Origin: Thermovirgaceae bacterium
GTDB lineage: Bacteria; Synergistota; Synergistia; Synergistales; Thermovirgaceae
NCBI GenBank assembly: GCA_046542505.1
Contig: JBKHBH010000054.1
Location: forward strand, 1-13,904
DNA length: 13,904 nt
Reading direction: 5' to 3'
Shown here: positions 1 to 7,345 of the stretch, in pieces
Layout of the letters: each line of letters begins with the position of its first letter
How positions within the stretch are numbered: position 1 is the stretch's first letter
Notes under the pieces: generated by a model
The model's input: the letters and a program-made list of their open reading frames with translations, nothing else
Database searches by the model: none
What the model was told of the DNA's origin: nothing
Translations under genes and position numbers: made by a program

Positions 1-1167
1 TTGTCGTTGATGGCCAGGTGGCTGCGTGAGGAGGGCTTTTCCACCGTGCCCGACGTGATCGTCAGGTTTTACGGAAACCACAAACCTGTGATCATTATTG
101 CTTCGCTGATGTGCATCATCGCGCCCCTTGCGGCGACGGCCACATCCCTTGTAGCCTTCGGCAAGCTTTTCTCTTCCATAACGGGGATACCCGTCAACGC
201 CCTGGTCATCGCCTTCGCCCTCGTCAATGTCCTCTTTATCCTCCCGGCGGGACTCAAGTCCGTCGCCTGGACGGACTTTTTATTCGGCTGCCTCATGGTG
301 GCCGCCACCTTTTTCACCATGTTTTACGCCATACGGCTGGCGGGGGGCTGGTCGCAGATCACCGCCTCCGTACCGACCGGAATTGCATCCTTTCCCGGTG
401 GGCTCGTCTCCGTTGGATGGAAGACGCTCTTTCTCTGGTCCTTCGCCCTGATCCCCGGCACGCTGACCATGCAGATGTACTACCAGCGGATCTACGCCAT
501 CGACAGCGCTGCCGATGCCAGAAAGAGCCTCATCATCAGCATCCTGGTGATTCTGACCGTCGAGGTTTTCGCCGGGGTCCTGGGCATGGCGATCCGCACG
601 GTGAACCCGGACCTTGCTGCCGAAGGGGCGGCAGGATGGTTTTTGACCCAGTTGCCGACGTGGTTTCTGGCCATGTATTCGGCCTTTATCGTCATCACCC
701 TGCTGACCACGACGAACAGCATGATCCAGTCCATCGTGGTCAATGTCACACGGGATATTTTCCAGAAGGTCATCACCCCCGGTATGGATGAAAAAACCGG
801 CAGGAAACTGACGGTGGTCTTCTCCTTTTTGACGGCTTTTGTCGCCGTTGTCTTTGCCGTCGTCTACCCCCAGGCCCTGGGCTGGCTTCTGATAGGCTAT
901 TCTTATTCAGCGGCTGGGTTGCTTTTCCCGATTTTCCTCGGGTACCTGCTGAAAGACCGGATGACCCTCAGCGCCTGGACTGCCATGGCCGGAATGCTTG
1001 GCGGGATCGGCGGCTGCATGTGGGGCCAGACCCTGGGCGCCGCAGCCCGGATCCCCTACGTCGGGTATGGGCTTTTGGCTTCCCTGGTCTGCATGTTGAT
1101 GACCGCCTTTTTGACGCGGAACGTGGCTGCCGTTTCAGAAGAAGTCACCGACCCCGAACGGCTCTAG
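1..1167 (+). CDS. Sodium:solute symporter (SSS/PutP-PanF-like) family transporter, 5' end truncated by window edge
   Basis: ORF open from base 1 with many hydrophobic TM segments. SSS-like motifs GLKSVAWTD, QMYYQRIYA..SA..ARK and NVTRDIFQ. Stop TAG at 1165-1167. Confidence 0.85.
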   Translation: MSLMARWLREEGFSTVPDVIVRFYGNHKPVIIIASLMCIIAPLAATATSLVAFGKLFSSITGIPVNALVIAFALVNVLFILPAGLKSVAWTDFLFGCLMVAATFFTMFYAIRLAGGWSQITASVPTGIASFPGGLVSVGWKTLFLWSFALIPGTLTMQMYYQRIYAIDSAADARKSLIISILVILTVEVFAGVLGMAIRTVNPDLAAEGAAGWFLTQLPTWFLAMYSAFIVITLLTTTNSMIQSIVVNVTRDIFQKVITPGMDEKTGRKLTVVFSFLTAFVAVVFAVVYPQALGWLLIGYSYSAAGLLFPIFLGYLLKDRMTLSAWTAMAGMLGGIGGCMWGQTLGAAARIPYVGYGLLASLVCMLMTAFLTRNVAAVSEEVTDPERL

Positions 1168-1180
1168 AGGGGGCACGACT

Positions 1181-2266
1181 ATGATTGACACCATAGCAGT
1201 TCTGGGTGCAGGCAATGGCGGGACGGCCTTTGCCGGGCACCTGGCGGCAAAAGGCTTCGGCGTCAGGTTGTATGAATCGGAACGATTCGGTGAAAACATC
1301 GCGGAAATCAAAAGAACGAAACGTATCACCCTGACGGGGGCCCTGGAACTCGAGGGCCGGATAGAGGCGGCGTCCACCAGGATAATGGACGTCCTCAGGG
1401 GGGCGCAGCTGGTCATCGTGGCCGTGCCGGGATTCGCCCACGACCACATGATGGCCGAAATGACAGGGTGTCTCGAGGAGGGCCAGTTCATTCTCTTTGT
1501 CCCTGGAAACTACGGGGCCCTGAGGTTTCGGAAACTGTTCAGGGAACTGGGGATCGACAAAAAAGCAATCCTTTGCGAGGCGCCATCCATGCTTTATGCC
1601 TGCAGGAGGACCGGCCCGGCGTCGGTGGCTGTCAGGGCGGTCAAAAGGACCATGCCCGTAGGTGTCTTTCCCGCGGTACGCACCGGCGAAGTGATGGAAG
1701 AACTCCGGGATGTCTTCCAGGAATTCACGGCGACCGAAAATGTCCTGAGTGCCAGCATGAGCAACCCCAACTGCATGGTCCATGTGCCCGCGTCTGTTCT
1801 TAACACGGGCTGGATCGAAAGTACAGGCGGGAAATTCGATTTCTACTGGGAGGGCATATCCCGCTCCGTGGCAAAGGTCATCGAAGAGATGGACCGCGAA
1901 CGGGTCGCCATCGGCGAGGGCGTCGGAGTAGACCTTTGCACCCTGGAAAAGTTCTTCGAGATTTTCTATGACCTCCGCGCCGGAAGCCTGCACGAGCTTT
2001 TGACCACAAGCGAGATCCACGGCCGCTCGAGTGCTCCGCCGGATCTCGGCCATCGTTACGTCCAGGAGGACACACCCTTCGGACTTGTCCCCCTTGCGTC
2101 TTTTGGCCGGCATCTGGGGGTTCCGACGCCGAACATTGACGCCGTCATCCGCCTTGCCTCCACCATGACCGGAAGAAACTATTTTAAAGAGGGCATTTCT
2201 GTTCAGAAAATGGGTCTGGCAGGCATGGACAGGAGGGCGATCGCCGAATTTCTCCAGCAGGGCTGA
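1181..2266 (+). CDS. NAD/NADP-dependent opine (octopine/nopaline) dehydrogenase family protein
   Basis: N-terminal Rossmann motif IAVLGAGNGG, then N.N..VH, FDFYWEG, D.ER and HRYVQEDTPFGLVP...G...GVPTP, typical of the Octopine_DH C-terminal domain. 361 aa; GAGGGG RBS upstream. Confidence 0.9.
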   Translation: MIDTIAVLGAGNGGTAFAGHLAAKGFGVRLYESERFGENIAEIKRTKRITLTGALELEGRIEAASTRIMDVLRGAQLVIVAVPGFAHDHMMAEMTGCLEEGQFILFVPGNYGALRFRKLFRELGIDKKAILCEAPSMLYACRRTGPASVAVRAVKRTMPVGVFPAVRTGEVMEELRDVFQEFTATENVLSASMSNPNCMVHVPASVLNTGWIESTGGKFDFYWEGISRSVAKVIEEMDRERVAIGEGVGVDLCTLEKFFEIFYDLRAGSLHELLTTSEIHGRSSAPPDLGHRYVQEDTPFGLVPLASFGRHLGVPTPNIDAVIRLASTMTGRNYFKEGISVQKMGLAGMDRRAIAEFLQQG

Positions 2267-2579
2267 CCCTTGCTTTACCGCGGATTCAGACCCGTAGTGC
2301 CATAGGGTCGGATCTTCGATTAACGGATTGTATTCAATCTACCAGACAAAGGAGATCGAGCTGAACCCAAAAACGAAGATCAAACCTCGTATTTCAAAAA
2401 ACACGGCAATACCATGCCTGCGGCATGGGTTCAATACCTTGCGGGACCTGGCAGTCCGTGCGAGTGGCAGGCACCTGGCGAGGGGTATATTGTCCATTTC
2501 CCGCTCATCATTGGTCGGATGAAGTGGAGCAAAAGTCTGAAGGAAAGACAGTAAATCGAAGGTCCGGCCCCAGGGGTTT

Positions 2580-2894
2580 TCAGGCTTTCCGAAAGAGGAG
2601 GGGGTCAAGGGTGAGGTGGACATTCTGGACCATGACCTCGGCCTGGTCGTAGCAGATGGTGGTCACGTCGCCCGTTTCATCGAAGAAGCTGATGCCGTTT
2701 TCGGTTATGCGGCTTTCAAGGTCCCTGCCAAAGGCCCCGGCGAGAGCCTTCAGGATGGCCGCCGTCTGGGCGGCGCTTTCGGGTGCACGCTTCGAAGGGA
2801 CCTCCTGCAGTCTCCCCTTGCTGTCATAGAGAGAGTTTCTCACTTTCAGTGGTTCCACGGGCGGTTTCCGGTCGATTCTTTCTGAATCTGTCAT
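2580..2894 (-). CDS. Hypothetical protein (104 aa), possibly FlaG-like
   Basis: Start re-assigned to ATG 2894 (MTDSERID), preceded by AGGGAAG. The C-terminal half (RDLESRITENGISFFDETGDV...LLFRKA) loosely resembles the FlaG pattern in size and ending. Confidence 0.5.
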   Translation of the reverse strand: MTDSERIDRKPPVEPLKVRNSLYDSKGRLQEVPSKRAPESAAQTAAILKALAGAFGRDLESRITENGISFFDETGDVTTICYDQAEVMVQNVHLTLDPLLFRKA

Positions 2895-2943
2895 GAAAGA
2901 CGCTTCCCTTCTGTTCCAATATCTTTTTCTCCTCATGTATCAA

Positions 2944-2972
2944 GGTATAACAATTCTCTTCACCCAAAACAA
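2944..2972 (-). promoter_or_regulatory. Candidate sigma70-type promoter for the 2580-2894 ORF
   Basis: Minus strand TTGTTT-N17-TATACC with TG at the extended -10 position, in an AT-rich intergenic stretch. Confidence 0.3.
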
Positions 2973-3016
2973 GATTTTCCCGAAAAATTCGTCGAAAAGA
3001 ATCACCCTTTCGAGGG

Positions 3017-3045
3017 TAATTTGCGATACCCATTCCTGCCGATAC
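3017..3045 (+). promoter_or_regulatory. Candidate sigma28 (FliA/SigD)-type promoter upstream of the sigma factor gene
   Basis: GCCGATAC at 3038-3045 is identical to the -10 box upstream of yaaR. The -35 is weak (TAAT at 3017-3020, 17-nt spacer). Confidence 0.4.
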
Positions 3046-3059
3046 GAAAGAGAGGAAGA

Positions 3060-3079
3060 CGGATCCAGGGAGGGATTCG
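3060..3079 (+). promoter_or_regulatory. Candidate CsrA-binding hairpin overlapping the sigma factor RBS
   Basis: CGGATCC-AGGGAG-GGATTCG forms a 7-bp stem (one G-U) with an ANGGAN hexaloop, ending 3 nt before ATG 3083. Confidence 0.55.
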
Positions 3080-3082
3080 GAC

Positions 3083-4150
3083 ATGGGGAGGAAAAAGCAA
3101 GGAAGCGTATGTTTCCTGCCGCCCAGGCATCATGACGACAATCCACAGGAGGAGTCGCTCCAATCCGAGGCGACTTTGGAAATGGTGGACGGCGAGGATG
3201 ACGGAGTCATCCAGGATGTCGAGGCTGAGGCGGTTGATGAACGGGAGCTCCAGCGGACGATGTACGAACTCTTTCATTCGGACATCAGGGATATCCCCCT
3301 CCTGACGCCCGAAGAGGAGCGCGAGCTGTCGCGGCGCATCCTGGAACAAGGTGACAAGGAGGCCTTCGACAGGTTTGTTTTGGGAAACCTCAGGCTCGTC
3401 ATTGCCTGCGCCAAGAAGGTCAAGGACCGGATGGGCAAAAACAGCATCCTGTCTTTTATGGATCTTATCCAGGAGGGTGTGCTGGGGCTCATGACGGCGG
3501 TCAGCCGTTTCGACTACCGACGCAACACCCGCTTTTCCACCTACGGGATCTCCTGGATCTACCAGCGCATGAAAATGGCCATGCTCCAGAACCGTTACGG
3601 TCTCACGATCCCGGGCTACGCCTGTACGTCGGTGCACGTGATGTCCGAGCACATCCGTGCCTACCTGGCGGGGAAGCTCGACGACATCCCCGAGGATGTG
3701 GACCTCGAGCGAATCAAGGCCCTGTCAAGGATCGTGGGGACCATGATCCCAATCGACTACTCCGACGAGAGCTCTTCAAAAAGCTACACTCTCAGTCCTG
3801 ACAGGCTCGGTGCGTGCGAGTCCTCCATGGCCGACGAGCCCCTTCGGGAGGAATGGGTGGACGAAATTGAAAAGACCTTCTTCAGGGAGGAGATCCTCCA
3901 GGTCCTCCGTGCCGAACTCACCGAAAAGGAATACGTCATCCTTTGCCGCCGTTTCGGGATCGGTGCCTTCAACGCCCCGGAGACATTTTCGGACATCGCC
4001 AGATCCTGCGGGAAGAGCTCGGAACACATCAGAAGCATCGTTACCAGGGCCCTGAAGAAGCTCAAAAAGAGCGAAACACTTGCCGAGGTTCACGTGGCCT
4101 GGGAAGAAGTCTGGGAACCCTTCAGCAAGAGCCGCCAAGGAGGTGCATAA
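3083..4150 (+). CDS. Divergent RNA polymerase sigma-70 family factor (RpoD/RpoS/RpoH-like architecture, alternative sigma)
   Basis: Region 1.2 (IRDIPLLTPEEERELSRRI), region 2 (GNLRLVIACAKK; DLIQEGVLGLMTAVSRFDYRRNTRFSTY) and region 4 (LTEKEYVILCRRFGI...TFSDIARSCGKSSEHIRSIVTRALKKLK). Exact start codon uncertain. Confidence 0.92.
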   Translation: MGRKKQGSVCFLPPRHHDDNPQEESLQSEATLEMVDGEDDGVIQDVEAEAVDERELQRTMYELFHSDIRDIPLLTPEEERELSRRILEQGDKEAFDRFVLGNLRLVIACAKKVKDRMGKNSILSFMDLIQEGVLGLMTAVSRFDYRRNTRFSTYGISWIYQRMKMAMLQNRYGLTIPGYACTSVHVMSEHIRAYLAGKLDDIPEDVDLERIKALSRIVGTMIPIDYSDESSSKSYTLSPDRLGACESSMADEPLREEWVDEIEKTFFREEILQVLRAELTEKEYVILCRRFGIGAFNAPETFSDIARSCGKSSEHIRSIVTRALKKLKKSETLAEVHVAWEEVWEPFSKSRQGGA

Positions 4151-4152
4151 CA

Positions 4153-4611
4153 TTGAGCAGCATAGTGGTATTCAGACTTGAAGAGCAGAAATATGGAGTT
4201 CCCATCGAGACGGTTCGGGAAATCATTCCCTACTCGGAGATAACGCCCGTCCCGGGGACGCCGCCCTTTTTTGAGGGGTTCATGAACGTCCGGGGCGAAC
4301 TGGTCTCCGTCACGAACCTGAGACAGTTCATCGGGATGCAAACGCCCGACGACCAGAGCCGGTTCAAGATCCTGATCCTGACATCCATGGAGGGGTCTTC
4401 CCGGGGGATCATGGCCGACGACGTGACGGCCATCGTCGATTTTTCTGTGGAGGACCTGCAGCCTGCCGAAGACGGCAAGAAGGGCGAAGGCTTCCCCAAG
4501 GAAGTGCTCCGGGGCGTCGCCGACGTGAACGGTGACCTGGTGGTGGTCCTTGACGTGGACAAGCTGCTTGCCGAGGAACGCAAGGAGGAGGAAAAGCTGG
4601 GCGTCAAGTGA
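4153..4611 (+). CDS. cheW: Chemotaxis coupling protein CheW (152 aa)
   Basis: TTG start at 4153 after AAGGAGGT RBS, 2 nt after the sigma stop. Motifs VVFRLEEQKYGVPIETVREII, ITPVPGTPPFFEGFMNVRGELVSV and LVVVLDVDKLL. Confidence 0.93.
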   Translation: MSSIVVFRLEEQKYGVPIETVREIIPYSEITPVPGTPPFFEGFMNVRGELVSVTNLRQFIGMQTPDDQSRFKILILTSMEGSSRGIMADDVTAIVDFSVEDLQPAEDGKKGEGFPKEVLRGVADVNGDLVVVLDVDKLLAEERKEEEKLGVK

Positions 4612-4623
4612 CGGGGTTCGGTT

Positions 4624-5130
4624 TCAGGCACCGGTCCTCTCGTCATGTGATCTTCGGGATCCGGGCTCCCCGATGGTTGCGCCGTCGCTTTCACCGGAAT
4701 GAAGGGAGAGCAGGGCCGACAACCAGTGCATCATGAAGGATGCGATCAGAAGCTGGGAGGTGCGGCGGTTGCCCTCGAGAGTGACGTGGGGATCCCGATA
4801 GTCCACGGGGCGGATGATCGCCTCTTTGGGGTCGAAGAAAAAGCGCACCGAAGGATTGTCCTCTTTCCCGGTCTTTCCGCTTTTTTCCTGGCGGATCCTC
4901 CAGAAACATCCAGTGGAGTCCAGTTTCTCGATCAGAAGGGGGCGCAAAAGGGGCGACGGGAAGATGAGACGGCGCATATCCTCGCCGAGGCAGGCCATTT
5001 CATGAAGCATGGACGAAAGCCTCGGAAAACGCAGGTTGACATAGGCATACTCTACACCGTCGATGTACCGACCGTCGGCGTCGACATAGGCAAGTTCGCT
5101 GATATCCGATCCGTTCCGTTCGGCAGACAT
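4624..5130 (-). CDS. Hypothetical protein (168 aa)
   Basis: ATG 5130 preceded by AGGGAGG RBS. Fits between cheW (convergent, 12-nt gap) and the next gene; globular-looking composition; no family recognised. Confidence 0.7.
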   Translation of the reverse strand: MSAERNGSDISELAYVDADGRYIDGVEYAYVNLRFPRLSSMLHEMACLGEDMRRLIFPSPLLRPLLIEKLDSTGCFWRIRQEKSGKTGKEDNPSVRFFFDPKEAIIRPVDYRDPHVTLEGNRRTSQLLIASFMMHWLSALLSLHSGESDGATIGEPGSRRSHDERTGA

Positions 5131-5171
5131 GGTACACCCTCCCTGCGCGCTTTTTTCGCGCCCATCCGGCC

Positions 5172-5199
5172 TAAAGGGCGGATTCCGCACCACCGATAC
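5172..5199 (+). promoter_or_regulatory. Sigma28-type promoter
   Basis: TAAA(G)-N16-ACCGATAC, the same spacing as the yaaR promoter, 40 nt before the downstream start codon. Confidence 0.6.
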
Positions 5200-5239
5200 T
5201 TAAATGGCGGAACACTGCAACATGCCGGAGGTGTTTTTC

Positions 5240-5758
5240 TTGAGCGGGTCTTCCGAAAAAGGCTGCCCTGACGGGCCATCCAATAAAAAGGGTAAAAGTT
5301 CGGCCGGAAGGAAACCAGGCTACAAGATGCAGGCCTGGCAGAAAGAGCTGCAGCTCGCCTCCATGCGGAACAGGGACCTGGAGCAGTTCAACCGGTTTTT
5401 GATCGAGTTTATCGACGTCCACGACGGATACCGGGGCGAGCGGTTTTTCGTCGAGCGGGACCATTCGGGCCAGCCCTTTTACCTCCCCGAGGATGACGTC
5501 TTCATCCTCAGAGACATCCTGCACCATGCAAGGGGCCGTTTCGGCCACACCCTTTTTTTGTACGAAAACATGGTCATGTCCGGACAGAGGTTGTGCCTGA
5601 AGGTCTTTGACCAATATTCCTTTATTAAGGAGGGCAAGCTTTATCCCCTCGACGACGAGGTTCGCACAGCATTCAGAAAAACCCTCCTGGCAATGGCCGA
5701 GCGCCACGGCATCAAGGCTTTTGAGGAAGATTTCCTCCCCGAGCCCGCCTGGTCCTGA
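5240..5758 (+). CDS. Hypothetical protein (172 aa)
   Basis: TTG at 5240 follows a strong GGAGGTG RBS and is in frame with the 5204-5758 ORF. Basic N-terminus (KKGKSSAGRKPGYK); followed by a terminator. Confidence 0.75.
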   Translation: MSGSSEKGCPDGPSNKKGKSSAGRKPGYKMQAWQKELQLASMRNRDLEQFNRFLIEFIDVHDGYRGERFFVERDHSGQPFYLPEDDVFILRDILHHARGRFGHTLFLYENMVMSGQRLCLKVFDQYSFIKEGKLYPLDDEVRTAFRKTLLAMAERHGIKAFEEDFLPEPAWS

Positions 5759-5819
5759 GTGAGTCATTCCGTGGATCCGCAAGACCTCCTTCGGGATCGG
5801 GTGGATTCGTTCCGGTTAC

Positions 5820-5854
5820 GGCGGCAGGGCTTTTTCGCCCGTGCCGCCTTTTTT
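5820..5854 (+). terminator. Rho-independent terminator
   Basis: GGCGGCA-GGGC / GCCC-G-TGCCGCC hairpin followed by a T6 run. Confidence 0.75.
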
Positions 5855-5950
5855 GGGAAGGCCGCCGCTTTTAAACTAAAAAGGAGACGAGAAGAGATCT
5901 TGAGTAATTTCCCGGATGAGTGCAGAGTGTTTTGAAGTCATTGTAAACAT

Positions 5951-5995
5951 CGGTTATTCAGCGGTTATTTCATGAACCGTTTCAGAAATCTGAAA
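5951..5995. promoter_or_regulatory. Candidate operator sites upstream of the XRE regulator
   Basis: Direct repeat CGGTTATT at 5951 and 5962 (11-nt period), CGGTT-N8-AACCG at 5962-5979, and inverted repeat TTTCAGA-AA-TCTGAAA at 5980-5995. Confidence 0.4.
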
Positions 5996-6071
5996 TGCGA
6001 GAAACTTAAAACCATAGTAAAATGTTTTTTGGAGATGTTTATAGCAACAGTGAAAGGAGTCTTTGGTCATT

Positions 6072-6641
6072 ATGGCTAACGGGGGAAAGGAAAAGCTGGC
6101 ACCGGTGGTTTCGGGCGAATACATCAGGAAGCTCCGGATCAGTCTGGGACTGACGCAGCTCCAGTTCGCCAAACTCATGGAGGTTGGCAACGTTACCGTC
6201 GCCAACTGGGAGAAAAATGGCCTGGACGGGACGAAAAGTTCAAGTTTCCCCAACTTCAAGTACCTGACCACCTTGTTAAAACAATCCATGCGACACCCCG
6301 AACTGATTCCCCCGCAGAAGCTGATGCGGTACCTCAAGCTCGCCTCCAACCACGAGCTAATGCCCTATTACCTTCCTTACCTGGGGGAGATGGAAACGGA
6401 CTACCTCAATGTCATCAATTCGGGCAGCCTCTCGGGGGTGCTCTTCGCCCTTCTTTTTGACAAGGATCTCGAGCGCCGGGGTGTTCCGTCCCCGAGCGAA
6501 GACGCCGAAAAGGGGCTCGAAGACCTTCTGGGACCGACAAGCGCCGAGGATGCGGAGCTTCTCGAGGCCCTTAACAGAGAGGCCGGGGCGGACAACAATA
6601 AACAGAAGCGACCGGGGAAAACGGGCGGAAAGGACACCTAG
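6072..6641 (+). CDS. XRE/Cro-family helix-turn-helix transcriptional regulator with uncharacterised C-terminal domain
   Basis: IRKLRISLGLTQLQFAKLMEVGNVTVANWEKNG is a canonical HTH_3 motif. AAGGAG RBS at 6054-6059; start is ATG 6072 or TTG 6063. Confidence 0.88.
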   Translation: MANGGKEKLAPVVSGEYIRKLRISLGLTQLQFAKLMEVGNVTVANWEKNGLDGTKSSSFPNFKYLTTLLKQSMRHPELIPPQKLMRYLKLASNHELMPYYLPYLGEMETDYLNVINSGSLSGVLFALLFDKDLERRGVPSPSEDAEKGLEDLLGPTSAEDAELLEALNREAGADNNKQKRPGKTGGKDT

Positions 6642-6654
6642 GCATCTGTTCCTG

Positions 6655-6699
6655 AAGAAAAAGCGGCGTGACGTCCCTGTCACGTCGGCTTTGTTTCTT
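6655..6699. terminator. Bidirectional terminator between convergent genes
   Basis: AAGC-GGCGTGAC-loop-GTCACGTC-G-GCTT hairpin, flanked by an A-rich tract on the left and a T-rich tract on the right. Confidence 0.65.
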
Positions 6700-6724
6700 G
6701 CGCCTTCCTTCTGTCATGCAGTCC

Positions 6725-7210
6725 CTACCGGGCCAGCAGAAGCTGGAGCCGTTCCGGCGACGGAAGCGACGGGGCGGCCTCCTTCAGGAAACCGGCAGCC
6801 AAAAGGTTTTCCACAACAGGTTCGACCTTTTCCTGGCCGAAAGGCTCGATCCCCCTGTCAATTCTCGCCTGAATTTCTTCGAAACCCCGGCACAATGTTC
6901 CCAGGGCCTTCGCAGCGAGATCGGGGTTTTCCCCGAGGCATTCGGTCCTTGCCCTGCGGAAAAAGGCCTGTTCCCGGATCCGTGGCATGTCCTCACAGCA
7001 AAGCATCTGCGCAAGCTTCGCGATGGAGTAGCCCAGACGGTCCGCAAGGGACGTGGCTTCCTCACCGGGTGCCGCATACATTTCCCACCGCGAGACGATT
7101 TCCGATGCCAGCGTCCCCAAAAACCTCACCCTGGCGAGATAGGCATCGTTTCCGGGGTCAAGCAGGGGTACTGTGACCAGATCGCCGATTTCATAAATGA
7201 AAAGCCGCAT
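6725..7210 (-). CDS. Hypothetical protein (161 aa) downstream of the c-di-GMP riboswitch, with a possible HTH
   Basis: ATG 7210 with GGAGGAG RBS. Contains SLADRLGYSIAKLAQML (HTH-like) and VENLLAAGFLKE (wHTH-like ending). Confidence 0.75.
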   Translation of the reverse strand: MRLFIYEIGDLVTVPLLDPGNDAYLARVRFLGTLASEIVSRWEMYAAPGEEATSLADRLGYSIAKLAQMLCCEDMPRIREQAFFRRARTECLGENPDLAAKALGTLCRGFEEIQARIDRGIEPFGQEKVEPVVENLLAAGFLKEAAPSLPSPERLQLLLAR

Positions 7211-7290
7211 GAAAACTCCTCCCCGTCTCGAAAATAATATTTCTGATATTGCTATAGATAATATTTATCAAACATAAACTCCTTCAGGGG

Positions 7291-7330
7291 ACAAAAAAAT
7301 GCCCTCGGGGCAGTCATTCCCGAAGGCATT
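7291..7330 (-). terminator. Riboswitch expression-platform intrinsic terminator
   Basis: Minus strand AATGCCTTCGGG-loop-CCCGAGGGCATT (12 bp, one G-U) running into a T7 tract, between the aptamer and the ORF. Confidence 0.85.
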
Positions 7331-7345
7331 CAGATACGTATCGAA

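Noticed and set aside
1145..2113. 322-aa minus-strand ORF
   Set aside because: Antisense shadow of the opine dehydrogenase.
1181..2266. Opine metallophore (staphylopine/pseudopaline CntM-type) pathway
   Set aside because: No nicotianamine-synthase-like gene or metal ABC transporter in the window; motifs fit the general octopine dehydrogenase type.
2267..2579. Hairpins at 2283-2314 and 2412-2428 (CCATGCC-TGC-GGCATGG) and short ORFs as sRNA, REP or IS end
   Set aside because: Single copies, no U tract, no transposase, and the ORFs lack convincing RBS or coding character; cannot be supported from this window.
3943..4152. N-terminal extensions in the ORF track for cheW (and likewise flagellin, csrA, fliW)
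   Set aside because: They overlap upstream genes or leaders. Downstream starts have proper RBSs and match family N-termini.
5240..6641. Toxin-antitoxin pair (orphan ORF + XRE antitoxin) or prophage remnant
   Set aside because: The genes are separated by a terminator and about 310 bp. There are no toxin motifs and no phage or integrase genes nearby.
6409..7237. Plus-strand ORFs 6409-7176 and 6668-7237
   Set aside because: Low-complexity P/R-rich or antisense frames that cross a terminator. The minus-strand ORF has the RBS and the riboswitch orientation.
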